Source: Fidelibacterota bacterium (GTDB lineage Bacteria; Fidelibacterota; Marinisomatia; Marinisomatales; JABMOV01). Taken from it: a stretch of DNA of 64,000 bases. The notes beneath the pieces are model-generated. The model worked only from the letters and a program-made list of their open reading frames with translations. It did no database searches and was not told the DNA's origin. The stretch is taken from assembly GCA_046861395.1 (NCBI GenBank), contig JBHHUC010000001.1:1-64000 (forward strand). Reading direction: 5' to 3'. The stretch's first letter is position 1. Each line of letters opens with the position of its first letter. Positions 25,755 through 36,290 of the stretch are shown here, one piece after another. The translations under genes and the position numbers were made by a program.

Positions 25755-28424
25755 CTAAACGGTTCTAGGGTTCGGTTTATCCGCGTCCAGATGATAGGTC
25801 TTCATTGCCTTTTCCACCTTTTCCGGGTCGATCTGACCTTCTTCCGCCAGGCTGTTCAGGGCGGCCAGAGCAATATAATACCGGCTCACTTCGAAGAAAT
25901 TACGCAACTCATTCCGGGCTTCGCTACGCCCGAACCCATCGGTGCCCAGCGCCGTAAAATTATATGGAATGAAGGGGGAAATCTGTTCCGCCACCAGTTT
26001 TACATAATCGGACGCGGCAATGACGGGACCGCGATCGTATTCCAGACATTTCGTGACATAGGGAATTTTAAACTCTTCGCTGGGGTGTAAAAAATTCCAG
26101 CGTTTTTTATCTTCGCCATCCTTGCGCAATTCGCTGTAACTCGTAACACTCCAGACATCTACATCAACCTTCCAGTCATTGATGAGCAAGTCCTTGGCCG
26201 CCAGTACTTCGTTCAGAATGGGGCCGCTTCCCAGAAGCTGGACTCGGGGCAGGTGACGCACCTCTCCTTCAAACACTTTATACATACCGCGGATGATACC
26301 CTCTTCTATGTGGGCCGGCAGGGGTGGTTGGAAATAATTTTCATTGTAGAGCGTGATATAATAGATCACATCTTCATTGTTTTCCACCATGGCGGAGAGA
26401 CCGTCCTGAATAATGACAGCCAATTCATAGGCATAGGCCGGATCGTATGCCCGGATGTTTGGCACCACGGACGCGGCCAAATGACTGTGTCCGTCCTGAT
26501 GTTGTAATCCTTCGCCAGCTAGTGTGGTACGTCCAGCCGTTGCTCCCAGTAGAAAGCCGCGGGTTCGCATATCGGCCGCCGCCCAGATTGAATCGCCTAC
26601 CCGCTGGAAACCAAACATGGAATAATAAATGTAGAAGGGAATCATGGGAATGCCGTGGGTACTGTAGGACATACCGGCGGCAATGAAGGATGATATGGCG
26701 CCGGCTTCCGTAATTCCTTCTTCCAGGATCTGGCCGTTCTTGGCTTCTTTGTAATACAGAAATTGATCGGAATCAACCGGGTCATAATTTTGTCCTGCAT
26801 GGGAATAAATACCAAGCTGGCGAAAAAGAGGATCAATGCCGAAAGTACGGGCTTCATCGGGAATGATCGGTACAACATGTTTCCCGATTTCCTTCTGCCG
26901 CGTCAGAATGGTCAGAGCCCTGACAAAGGCCATGGTGGTTGATATTTCCCGGTCGCCGGCTCCCCCAAGCAATTCTTGGAAAATATCGATTTCGGGGCAG
27001 ATCAGATCTACATCCGGTGAAATACGGGACGGCAGGTAGCCGCCCAGCTCCGATCGTCGGGATTGGAGATATTTTATTTCCTCACTGTCTTCCGACGGTT
27101 TATAGAACGGGGCCTTGATGGTTTCTTCGTCGGTAAAAGGGATGTCGAACCGGGAGCGAAAATGGAGTAATTCTTCTTCATTCAGTTTTTTCTGTGAATG
27201 GGTAATATTGCGCCCTTCACCAGCTTCCCCCAACCCGTATCCCTTGATGGTTCGTGCCAGAATTACCGTAGGTTGTCCCTCGTGGGCCACTGCTTCGGCA
27301 TAGGCCGCATAGACCTTGGCTGGATCGTGTCCGCCCACTTTTAATTTCCACAGTTCGTCGTCTGTAAGGTGTTCGACCATTTTTTTTAATTCGGGATATT
27401 TTCCCCAAAAATGTTCCCGAACATAAGCTCCGCCTTCAACGACATATTTTAGCAGGTCGCCATCAACCACCTCTTCCATACGTCGGGCAAGTTGCCCGGA
27501 TTTGTCTTTTTCCAACAGCGGATCCCAATCGGAGCCCCACACAACCTTGATTACGTTCCACCCGGCGCCGCGAAAAGCGCCTTCCAGTTCCTGGATGATT
27601 TTACTGTTTCCCCGTACCGGCCCATCCAGGCGTTGCAGGTTACAATTCACCACAAAAATAAGGTTGTCCAACTGTTCCCGCGATGCCAAGGTCAGGGCGC
27701 CCAGCGCTTCCGGTTCGTCCATTTCACCATCACCCAGAAAAGCCCACACACGACGGTCATTCGGATTCATAAAACCGCGATCAATTAAATAACGCATAAA
27801 CCGGGCCTGATAGATGGCCATCAAGGGACCCAGTCCCATGGAAACGGTGGCGAATTGCCAGAAATCCGGCATAAGCCAAGGGTGAGGGTAGGAACTCAGT
27901 CCGCCGCCCTCGGCCTGCTCACGGCGAAAATTTATCAGGTGGCGCTCCTGCAGCCGCCCTTCCAGAAAGGCGCGGGCGTACATACCCGGGGAAGTGTGTC
28001 CCTGGAAAAAGACCAGATCACCACCGGAGGGGTGATCGCGACCTCGGAGAAAATGGTTCTGAGCAACTTCGATCAACGTGGCGGATGAAGCAAAGCTGGA
28101 AATGTGGCCACCGATGCCGTGACTATCCTTATTGGCCCGAACCACCATTGCCATTGCGTTCCAGCGAATTAGTGATTTAATTCGTCGCTCAAGGGCACGA
28201 TCTCCAAGATATGGTTTTTGTTGTGAGGGAGGAATCGTATTTAAAAAGGCCGTGGTAGCGCTATAAGGTTTTCGGACACCGTTACGGCGCGCCAGGTCCG
28301 TGAGTTTTTCTATTAAATAGTGGGCCCGGTCAATTCCTTCCGTATCCAAAACAGATTGCAGTGAATCCAACCATTCCCGCGTTTCTTCCGGATCTAAGTC
28401 CGGTACTAGTTTGTCATCCGACAT
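25755..28424 (-). CDS. aceE: pyruvate dehydrogenase E1, homodimeric type
   Basis: DPEETREWL, GGHISS, SSYPHP, GDGEMDE, NCNLQRLDGPV, YYSMFGFQR, TDGFGRS. Confidence 0.97.
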   Translation of the reverse strand: MSDDKLVPDLDPEETREWLDSLQSVLDTEGIDRAHYLIEKLTDLARRNGVRKPYSATTAFLNTIPPSQQKPYLGDRALERRIKSLIRWNAMAMVVRANKDSHGIGGHISSFASSATLIEVAQNHFLRGRDHPSGGDLVFFQGHTSPGMYARAFLEGRLQERHLINFRREQAEGGGLSSYPHPWLMPDFWQFATVSMGLGPLMAIYQARFMRYLIDRGFMNPNDRRVWAFLGDGEMDEPEALGALTLASREQLDNLIFVVNCNLQRLDGPVRGNSKIIQELEGAFRGAGWNVIKVVWGSDWDPLLEKDKSGQLARRMEEVVDGDLLKYVVEGGAYVREHFWGKYPELKKMVEHLTDDELWKLKVGGHDPAKVYAAYAEAVAHEGQPTVILARTIKGYGLGEAGEGRNITHSQKKLNEEELLHFRSRFDIPFTDEETIKAPFYKPSEDSEEIKYLQSRRSELGGYLPSRISPDVDLICPEIDIFQELLGGAGDREISTTMAFVRALTILTRQKEIGKHVVPIIPDEARTFGIDPLFRQLGIYSHAGQNYDPVDSDQFLYYKEAKNGQILEEGITEAGAISSFIAAGMSYSTHGIPMIPFYIYYSMFGFQRVGDSIWAAADMRTRGFLLGATAGRTTLAGEGLQHQDGHSHLAASVVPNIRAYDPAYAYELAVIIQDGLSAMVENNEDVIYYITLYNENYFQPPLPAHIEEGIIRGMYKVFEGEVRHLPRVQLLGSGPILNEVLAAKDLLINDWKVDVDVWSVTSYSELRKDGEDKKRWNFLHPSEEFKIPYVTKCLEYDRGPVIAASDYVKLVAEQISPFIPYNFTALGTDGFGRSEARNELRNFFEVSRYYIALAALNSLAEEGQIDPEKVEKAMKTYHLDADKPNPRTV

Positions 28425-28562
28425 ATTTTTCCTTTATACTGTCGTCTTCCTGTTAATTGCCAAACAGAAAAATTACAAACTTCCTTTTCCTAAAGATACA
28501 TAAATTGCGACAAATTCCATTGTAAGATATTATAAATAAAGACCTTTTTATCTTGTAAAACA

Positions 28563-29903
28563 CTATTTGCGGGGCAAGCGTACGCAGAAAATATTTCCCT
28601 GGGGTGTGTTGGGTTCCACCCACACGGTACCACCGTGCGACTCAACGATCCGCTTGACAATGGCCAGCCCCAGTCCGGTTCCTTTGGCGGTATGTTCCTG
28701 CATCTGGGCTTTGCGAATGAAAATACGATCCCGGTGTTCTGCTGTGATCGTATCGCCGTAATCACGGAAACAAATTTTTACCGTGTTGTCCGGCTCTTTT
28801 CTTGAATAAATGTCTATCTTCTTGCCGTGGGCGGCATATTTTATCGCATTGCTCAAATAGTTTTTAAAAACTTCATCGATGATGGGATTCGCTTTTATAG
28901 TCAGAGAGTCGGGCAGGTCGGTGGTAACGGTAATTTCCTTATGTCGCAACGCAGAATCAAAATTGCTCACTACGGCGTTAATCATGGGGACCAGGTCCAG
29001 ATCTTCCTTGGACAGCGCTTCTTCCATGGCGGCTTTGGACAGGGTGGATGCATTCTGAATCACAGTGATAAGATTTTCGCTGCTGGTTTTTAAAATCGTG
29101 TATTCCGGCTTATCGGGATCCTTTTCTTGTAAAATTTTGACAATCCCCTGAATCACCCCGGCTGGATTTTTCAAATCATGTGTAATAATGTCCAACAATA
29201 AATCTTTCATTCCATTGGCAGCTTCCAGTTTTTCTGCCGCTCGCTTACGTTCCGTTATATCCTGTCCCACACAGACAATTCCCACGACATTCCCCTCCAT
29301 GTCCTTCAGGGCGGAACCGGAAAACAGAACCGGAATGGTCGTGCCGTCTTTCCGCTTGTATTCCACTTCGCGATCAACAATGTGTCCTTCGTGCAGAATA
29401 TCATTGATAAGCCGGGTTTCGCTCTCCGGGTTTGACAGGATCGTTGCCAAACCTTCCCCTTCCAGTTCGTTTCGGGAGTAGTTGAGCAATTCCATGGTAG
29501 CGGCGTTCACGGTTTCAATACGTTTGTTCTTATCCATGTTGACGACAATGAGTGTATCGGCCATGGATTGGATGATATTCTCCACATAATTCCGTGAAAC
29601 GGTCGTGGTCGATAAATCTTTCAATGTGGAATGACCGGTTTGAACCACCAGCCAGACAAACAGGGCGCCACCCAGGAAAACAAAGCCGGTCAGGAGCTGA
29701 ATCCCCTGACTACCTTCCAATAATAATAAAATTAGAGAACCAATATAACCAACAATGAAGGCCAGCATCAGATAGTACAGTAGGTGCCAGCGATGGGAAA
29801 ACTTTTGTCCTTCTAAGAGTTCGACGATGTGGCGCGTGCGCCAGGCTGAAACAGCCATGACCAGCGAACCAATAGAGATACACACGGCCGAGACAAAGGT
29901 CAT
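28563..29903 (-). CDS. membrane-bound PAS-domain sensor histidine kinase
   Basis: Three N-terminal TM helices, PAS (..GQDITERK), H-box THDLKNP, N-box NAIKY, G-box GTGLGL. Confidence 0.93.
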   Translation of the reverse strand: MTFVSAVCISIGSLVMAVSAWRTRHIVELLEGQKFSHRWHLLYYLMLAFIVGYIGSLILLLLEGSQGIQLLTGFVFLGGALFVWLVVQTGHSTLKDLSTTTVSRNYVENIIQSMADTLIVVNMDKNKRIETVNAATMELLNYSRNELEGEGLATILSNPESETRLINDILHEGHIVDREVEYKRKDGTTIPVLFSGSALKDMEGNVVGIVCVGQDITERKRAAEKLEAANGMKDLLLDIITHDLKNPAGVIQGIVKILQEKDPDKPEYTILKTSSENLITVIQNASTLSKAAMEEALSKEDLDLVPMINAVVSNFDSALRHKEITVTTDLPDSLTIKANPIIDEVFKNYLSNAIKYAAHGKKIDIYSRKEPDNTVKICFRDYGDTITAEHRDRIFIRKAQMQEHTAKGTGLGLAIVKRIVESHGGTVWVEPNTPQGNIFCVRLPRK

Positions 29904-30129
29904 TGTAGTCCTCCTTTTTACAATATTACCTGTGCCAAACGTCCAAATTTACGCGACTATAACCCCGAACCTCCATGAGAATTTAAGTGCACCCTAGTTG
30001 TGCTGCTGTTCAACCTTTCCTGGTTTGGGGTTGATTCTTAACAAGAAAACTCTAATCGGGAATTATCCAATATGCGGACAATAAAAACACGACGGATGTC
30101 AAGTTATTAATTTTTCACAATGATTCCGG

Positions 30130-31125
30130 TTAAATTTGCTGGTACTCGTTTAACATTTTGATATAGTTAGCCCGCATAAAGGCGCCAGGATCGGGAACGT
30201 TTTTCATGCTTATGGAACCGCGCATTTGTGATAAGCTCTCATATTCATGGTCATCCATCCAGGTCAAAAGATCCGTTTGTAATTTTGTAATGTGCTCCGG
30301 ACCGTTTTTCAGGAGGGCGGAAGTCATCATGGTAACATCGGCGCCGGCCATGGTCAGCTTCAGGACATCCTGGGCCGAATGGACGCCGCTGGAAGCGGCT
30401 AGCGAAAGGTTTACCTGTCCACAGAGCACGGCAATCCACCGCAACGGTAACAGGACTTCTTCCGGCGTACTCAGGTGCAGCGCGGAACGTACTTCCAGGG
30501 ATTCCAGATCAATGTCCGGCTGATAAAAGCGGTTGAACATCACCAGCGCATCGGCTCCGGTTTCTTCCAGGCGCCGCGCAAACGATGGCAGGGCGCTGAA
30601 ATAATGACCCAACTTTACGGCTACCGGTATGGTAACCTTTTCCTTGACACATTTTAGAATATCAACATGGGTTTGTTTTACACGAGTGCCCGATTCATAA
30701 ATGTCGGTGGGAAGATGGTATACGTTCAGCTCGAGGGCGTCGGCACCGGCTTCTTCCATGAGACGAGCCTTTTCGGTCCAGCCCCCCTCTGTAACGCCGT
30801 TCAGGCTGGCGATAACCGGAATGTCCACCGCTTCTTTCAGGCGGCGAATCTGATTCAAATATTCCTCTGGTCCGGCGGTGAAATCAAAATGGTTAGGAAA
30901 ATACGACATGGCTTCGGCGAAACTGTTGCTACCATAGGACAAGTAATGCTCCAGTTCGTCGTCTTCATGGTAGATTTCTTCTTCGAACAGGGAATACATG
31001 ACAATGGCCGGTGCGCCGGCATCTTCCAGCTTTTTTACCGTGTCCACGTCCCGCGATAATGGGGAGGCTGAGGGAACCAGCGGGTTTTTTAATTCAATTC
31101 CCATGTATGTTGTACTGAGTCTCAT
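30130..31125 (-). CDS. dihydroorotate dehydrogenase-like FMN protein (PFOR-associated type)
   Basis: LSTTYMGIELKNPLV, SLFEE, IPVIASLN, GADALELN, IPVAVKL, FNRFYQPDID. Directly downstream of nifJ. Confidence 0.88.
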   Translation of the reverse strand: MRLSTTYMGIELKNPLVPSASPLSRDVDTVKKLEDAGAPAIVMYSLFEEEIYHEDDELEHYLSYGSNSFAEAMSYFPNHFDFTAGPEEYLNQIRRLKEAVDIPVIASLNGVTEGGWTEKARLMEEAGADALELNVYHLPTDIYESGTRVKQTHVDILKCVKEKVTIPVAVKLGHYFSALPSFARRLEETGADALVMFNRFYQPDIDLESLEVRSALHLSTPEEVLLPLRWIAVLCGQVNLSLAASSGVHSAQDVLKLTMAGADVTMMTSALLKNGPEHITKLQTDLLTWMDDHEYESLSQMRGSISMKNVPDPGAFMRANYIKMLNEYQQI

Positions 31126-31140
31126 AGTTGCTCCTTGGCC

Positions 31141-34100
31141 TTACTGGAGGGGATCCATCTTGGCCAGTTTATAGTAATGGTCATAATGCTCTTTGGCGTG
31201 TTTATCGGCTTTGTTGAGTAAATCAGAAGCTCGATCCGGCATACTCTTAACCAGCATTTTATATCTGTTTTCACGATAAAGATAATCTTTGATGTGAATT
31301 TTTGGAGCCTTGGAGTCCAGAATCAGCGGATTCTTTCCCTGTTCTTTCAATTTGGGATTGTACCGGTAAAGAGGCCAATGTCCGCTATCCACCGCCAGTT
31401 TGTGTTGTTCCATTCCCTTCTGCATGTTAATGCCGTGGGCAATGCAATGACTGTAGGCAATGATCAGAGAGACGCCGCTGTAGGCTTCTGCTTCCATGAA
31501 CGCTTTAACGGTTTGGGCATCGCTGGCACCCATGGCAATCTGGGCAACATAGACATTGCCGTAACTCATCGCAATCAGACCCAAATCCTTTTTGGCGATT
31601 TCCTTTCCGGAGGAAGCAAACTTAGCCACGGCACCGGTGGGAGTGGCCTTTGATGCCTGGCCGCCGGTATTGGAATAAACTTCCGTGTCCAAAACCAGAA
31701 TGTTTACATTTTTCCCTGAAGCAAAAACGTGGTCCAACCCACCAAAACCAATATCGTAGGCCCAGCCGTCTCCGCCCATGATCCAGACGCTCTTTTTCAC
31801 CAGATTATCGGAAACAGACAATAATTCGCTGGCGCGGGGATGATCGCTTTTTTCAAGGATTTCATTCATTGTGGCGACTTGTTTCCGTTGTTCGATAATC
31901 TCGATTTCTTCCTGCTGTACGGCTGCCAAAATTTTGTCGGCCAGATCGGCGCCGATCACATCTTTCAATTCCAGGACCAGTTCTCGGGCATATTTCCGTT
32001 GTTTGTCGATGGTTAAACGAAAACCAAGTCCGAATTCGGCATTGTCTTCAAACAGAGAATTGGACCAGGACGGTCCGCGACCGGCGTTGTTCTTTGCCCA
32101 CGGTGTGGTGGGCAAATTTCCACCGTAGATAGAGGAACAACCGGTAGCGTTGGCTACAACCATGCGATCACCAAAAAGCTGTGATGCTAGTTTGACGTAG
32201 GGTGTTTCACCGCAGCCGGAGCAGGCTCCTGAAAATTCAAACAGCGGCTGCAGAATCTGGGAACCTTTAACGGTATTATGTTTTACCAACTGGCGGTCGG
32301 ATTCCGGTAACGTCAGGAAGAAATTCCAGTTTTCCCGCTCCGGTTTCCGCAGTGGGAATTGTTCTTCCATATTGATGGCCTTACGACTTACGTTGGATTT
32401 ATCCTTCACCGGGCACACTTCAACACAAATGGCACATCCTGTACAATCTTCCGGTGCTACCTGGAGCGTATATACATCCTGCTCACCCCAATCTCGTCCC
32501 TTTGGTTTCACATATTTAAATGTTTCCGGAGCCTTTTCCAGGAAGGAATCACTATAAACCTTGGGGCGAATAACAGCATGGGGACATACCAAGGCGCATT
32601 TATTGCACTGGATACAGATATCGGGATTCCACACCGGTATTTCGGTAGAAATATTCCGCTTTTCCCATTGTGTCGTGGCCGTAGGCCAGGTCCCGTCGCT
32701 GGGCATGGCACTGACAGGTAAATTGTCACCCTGTCCGGCTATCAGCTGGGCCGTGACATTCCGGACAAATTCCGGTGCCCCTTCCAGGCTGGCGTTCAGG
32801 GAAACTTCGGTGCCGGTTACCAGATCCGGTAGGGCGATTTCCTGTAGATTGGCCAGGGTTTGGTCTACGGCGTTAAAGTTTTTCCGGACAATTTCCTCGC
32901 CTTTCTTGCTGTAGCTTTTCTTGATAGCAGCCTTAATCTTGGCAATGGCGTCCTCCTTTTCCAGCACGCCGGAGATAGCGAAAAAGCAGGTTTGCATAAT
33001 GGTGTTGATCCGAACCCCCATGCCCGTTTCCCTGGCAACCTGCAAAGCATTTATATTATAAAACCGGGCTTTGCTGTCTAGCAATTGTTTCTGGACGTGG
33101 CGGGGAAGGTTATCCCATATCTCATTTTTTGCAAAGGGACTGTTCAAGAGAAAAATACCCCCCGGTTTGAGGTGTTTCAGGATATCTATTGTTTTCAGAA
33201 ATTCAAAATTGTGGCAGGCAACAAAATCTGCCTCTTGGATCAGGTACGTGGATTGAATCGGGTCCGAACCGAACCTTAAATGGGATATGGTCATGCTGCC
33301 GGACTTTTTGGAGTCGTAGACAAAATATCCCTGCGCATAATTCTCCGTTTCCGATCCGATGATTTTTATCGAATTTTTATTTGCCCCCACCGTTCCATCG
33401 GCACCCAGGCCAAAGAACATGCTTTGGTTTACGTCTTCGCCGGTGGTTTGGAAGTTGTCGTCATAATCCAGGCTGGTATGTGTGATATCATCAATGATAC
33501 CCAGCGTGAAGTGGTTCTTGGGTGTATCTTTCTTCAGTTCATCAAACACACCCTTAACCATCCCCGGTGTGAATTCTTTGGATGACAACCCATATCGTCC
33601 GCCAATGACCAGAGGAACGCTTCCGCCCTGAGTGCTTTCGGCAAAAGCCGTTACCACATCCTGGTAAAGTGGCTCACCGATGGCGCCTGGTTCCTTGGTG
33701 CGATCGAGTACAGCAATTTTTCGTACCGATTTCGGCAACGAATTCAAAAAATATTCTATTCCGAAGGGGCGATAGAGGCGTACTTTTATTACACCGACTT
33801 TTTCGCCGTCTGCCACGAGTTTATTCACGGTTTCATGAACCGTTTCGGCTCCCGATCCCATGAGAATAATGACCCGTTCTGCTTCCGGATGTCCTTCATA
33901 ATCGAACAATTGGTACTGACGGCCAACCTGCTTCGCAAACTGGTCCATGGTTTCCTGAACAATGCCTGGTGTCGCGTTATAATAGGTATTACATGCTTCT
34001 CGGGCCTGGAAGAATGTATCGGGGTTCTGGGCTGTACCCCGCAAGACGGGCCGGTTTGGGTTTAAGCCACGGCGGCGATGGGCCTGTACCAGGTCATTGT

Positions 34101-34686
34101 TTATGAGCGCTTTGATGTCATCGACAGTAATTTGCTCGATTTTCATTACTTCATGAGAGGTGCGGAAACCATCAAAAAAGTGTAGGAACGGTACCCGGGA
34201 TTTCAGGGTCGCAGCCTGAGCAATCAGGGCGAAGTCCATGACTTCCTGAACACTGTTAGAGGCCAACAGGGCAAAGCCGGTGGCGCGAGTGGCCATTACA
34301 TCCGAATGATCGCCGAATATCGACAAGGCGTGGGTTGCAATCGTTCGTGCCGAAACATGGAAGACGGTGGAAGTAAGTTCGCCGGAAATTTTATACATAT
34401 TGGGGATCATGAGCAATAATCCCTGCGAGGCGGTAAAGGTTGTGGTGAGGGCTCCGGTTTGCAAGGCTCCGTGAACGGCACCAGCGGCGCCACCTTCGCT
34501 TTGCATTTCAATTACGCTGGGAATGGTTCCCCAGATGTTTTTTTCACCCAGGGCCGACCAGGTGTCGGCCTGCTCTCCCATGGGCGAGGAAGGTGTGATA
34601 GGATAAATTGCTATGACTTCATTTGTTTTGTGGGCAATATAAGCAGCGGCTTCGTTGCCATCAATCGTAACCATTTTCCTGGACAT
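31141..34686 (-). CDS. nifJ: pyruvate:ferredoxin (flavodoxin) oxidoreductase
   Basis: DGNEA, YPITPSS, FFDGFRTSHE, two CxxCxxC ferredoxin motifs, GACSGCGET, GGDGWAYDIG. Start ATG 34686 with GGAGG RBS. Confidence 0.97.
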   Translation of the reverse strand: MSRKMVTIDGNEAAAYIAHKTNEVIAIYPITPSSPMGEQADTWSALGEKNIWGTIPSVIEMQSEGGAAGAVHGALQTGALTTTFTASQGLLLMIPNMYKISGELTSTVFHVSARTIATHALSIFGDHSDVMATRATGFALLASNSVQEVMDFALIAQAATLKSRVPFLHFFDGFRTSHEVMKIEQITVDDIKALINNDLVQAHRRRGLNPNRPVLRGTAQNPDTFFQAREACNTYYNATPGIVQETMDQFAKQVGRQYQLFDYEGHPEAERVIILMGSGAETVHETVNKLVADGEKVGVIKVRLYRPFGIEYFLNSLPKSVRKIAVLDRTKEPGAIGEPLYQDVVTAFAESTQGGSVPLVIGGRYGLSSKEFTPGMVKGVFDELKKDTPKNHFTLGIIDDITHTSLDYDDNFQTTGEDVNQSMFFGLGADGTVGANKNSIKIIGSETENYAQGYFVYDSKKSGSMTISHLRFGSDPIQSTYLIQEADFVACHNFEFLKTIDILKHLKPGGIFLLNSPFAKNEIWDNLPRHVQKQLLDSKARFYNINALQVARETGMGVRINTIMQTCFFAISGVLEKEDAIAKIKAAIKKSYSKKGEEIVRKNFNAVDQTLANLQEIALPDLVTGTEVSLNASLEGAPEFVRNVTAQLIAGQGDNLPVSAMPSDGTWPTATTQWEKRNISTEIPVWNPDICIQCNKCALVCPHAVIRPKVYSDSFLEKAPETFKYVKPKGRDWGEQDVYTLQVAPEDCTGCAICVEVCPVKDKSNVSRKAINMEEQFPLRKPERENWNFFLTLPESDRQLVKHNTVKGSQILQPLFEFSGACSGCGETPYVKLASQLFGDRMVVANATGCSSIYGGNLPTTPWAKNNAGRGPSWSNSLFEDNAEFGLGFRLTIDKQRKYARELVLELKDVIGADLADKILAAVQQEEIEIIEQRKQVATMNEILEKSDHPRASELLSVSDNLVKKSVWIMGGDGWAYDIGFGGLDHVFASGKNVNILVLDTEVYSNTGGQASKATPTGAVAKFASSGKEIAKKDLGLIAMSYGNVYVAQIAMGASDAQTVKAFMEAEAYSGVSLIIAYSHCIAHGINMQKGMEQHKLAVDSGHWPLYRYNPKLKEQGKNPLILDSKAPKIHIKDYLYRENRYKMLVKSMPDRASDLLNKADKHAKEHYDHYYKLAKMDPLQ

Positions 34687-35070
34687 GTGGTGTCCTCCAC
34701 GTTTCATAAGTTTTATTGGCGAAAAGAAGATGAAAAATTACATTAAAATGGATGTTCTTATCTAATTTGATATCAGGAATCTTGTACCGTGCCGAGAACC
34801 ACGCTTCAGCTGTTGTCAGGGGATGGCGTTGACAGGAACGTCTTCATCCCTGAAAATCGAAATGTATCACTGTAATTGGGGATACCCAGAAAAGGAGCCG
34901 GAATTTGTCGGTTTTTCGTGGCTGGTCAGCGGAAGTGTTTCGGTTTGCATTACGGTGTGCTTCAAAATATTACACTTCCGGCAGAAAAAACCATCTGATC
35001 TCTTCCTTTTAGACGAAAGTTGGCCGGTGGCATGTTCTTTGTAAGCTGGGAAGTGAAACCGAGAAGATTG

Positions 35071-35253
35071 ATGAAAGAATTTATCGAAACACAACGTGAA
35101 ATTATCCGTTATATTGAAAGACGGGACCGCCGATTGAAAGACGGAACGGTCTTACCGCATAAGATCTTTTTTCTTGATATTCGGGTTCGCGACCTGACAG
35201 CTGAAGCAGTAGCAAAACTGATTTCGGAATATAGTTTTCTTGGTCTATCATAA
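35071..35253 (+). CDS. small hypothetical protein (60 aa)
   Basis: ATG 35071 ORF MKEFIETQREIIRYIERRDRRLKDG.. fills the gap upstream of psuG on the same strand. No recognisable motif. Confidence 0.35.
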   Translation: MKEFIETQREIIRYIERRDRRLKDGTVLPHKIFFLDIRVRDLTAEAVAKLISEYSFLGLS

Positions 35254-35312
35254 CGGATAATTGTTGTCGGTGACCAGTGGCGGCAAGGGTTTCCTTGCCC
35301 CTAACTTTGCCC

Positions 35313-36290
35313 ATGATATCCATCCCCCCTTCTATTCTTCATATTCATCCTGAGGTTCGCCAGGCACGGGAAAATCACAAGCCGGTTCTGGCCCTTGAAA
35401 CCACCATTTTATCCCACGGAATGCCTTATCCGGAAAACGTGTCTTTTGCCCTGCGGTCCGAAGCTGTTGTTCGGGAAGCTGGGGTCGTACCCGCCGCGAT
35501 CGGAATTATAAGCGGAAAGATTGTTGTGGGGCTTGATCACGATCAATTGACACAATTATGCCGAGCCGATGAGGTGGAAAAAGTGGCTGTCCGGGATATA
35601 TCCCATGTCCTTTTTCGGAAAAAGCATGGTGCCACTACAGTATCGGCAACCATGGCGATTGCGGCTGCAGCGGGAATCAGCGTTTTTGCCACTGGCGGCA
35701 TTGGCGGTGTGCACAGGAATCTGTCTCAAACCATCGATATATCGCAAGATATTGCGGCTCTGATCCAGTATCCGTTGGTGGTCATCTCGGCCGGGGCCAA
35801 AGCGATTCTGGATTTACCCAATACTCTGGAAGCGCTGGAAGCAGCCGGAGTCCCGGTGATTGGTTTCGGAACAACGGCTTTTCCTTCCTTTTATTCCCGG
35901 TCTTCTTCGTTACCTGTGCCTTTTACGGTCAAAACGCCGACTGCGATCGCATCCTGGTACGCCAAGCATCTGAATTTGGGTTCAACGTCGGCTTTGCTGG
36001 TTGCCAACCCCGTGCCGGCAGAAAATGAAATACCGCAATCCGAAATTGATCCGCTTATTGCAGAAGCGCTACAGGATGCAGAAAAAAGGGAAATTAGGGG
36101 AAAGGAATTAACACCTTATTTGCTGGCGAAAATTGTTGAAAAAACAGCGGGGAGAGCTCTCAAAACAAATATTGCTTTGGCGTTGAACAATATTCGTCTG
36201 GGATGTGAGGTTGCGACGGAAATTTGTCTCAGGCCGGTGTCGCCTGGCCTACGTAGGACTGAACGGTCTGAAGAAGCTTTTCCTTCATGA
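35313..36290 (+). CDS. psuG: pseudouridine-5'-phosphate glycosidase
   Basis: LALETTILSHGMPYP, GATTVSATM, FATGGIGGVHR, AGAKAILD, GKELTPYLL. Confidence 0.93.
   Translation: MISIPPSILHIHPEVRQARENHKPVLALETTILSHGMPYPENVSFALRSEAVVREAGVVPAAIGIISGKIVVGLDHDQLTQLCRADEVEKVAVRDISHVLFRKKHGATTVSATMAIAAAAGISVFATGGIGGVHRNLSQTIDISQDIAALIQYPLVVISAGAKAILDLPNTLEALEAAGVPVIGFGTTAFPSFYSRSSSLPVPFTVKTPTAIASWYAKHLNLGSTSALLVANPVPAENEIPQSEIDPLIAEALQDAEKREIRGKELTPYLLAKIVEKTAGRALKTNIALALNNIRLGCEVATEICLRPVSPGLRRTERSEEAFPS

Noticed and set aside
30104..30120. Rex-like operator (TTATTAATTTTTCACAA)
   Set aside because: Only one good half-site, wrong spacing, and it lies just downstream of a stop codon.
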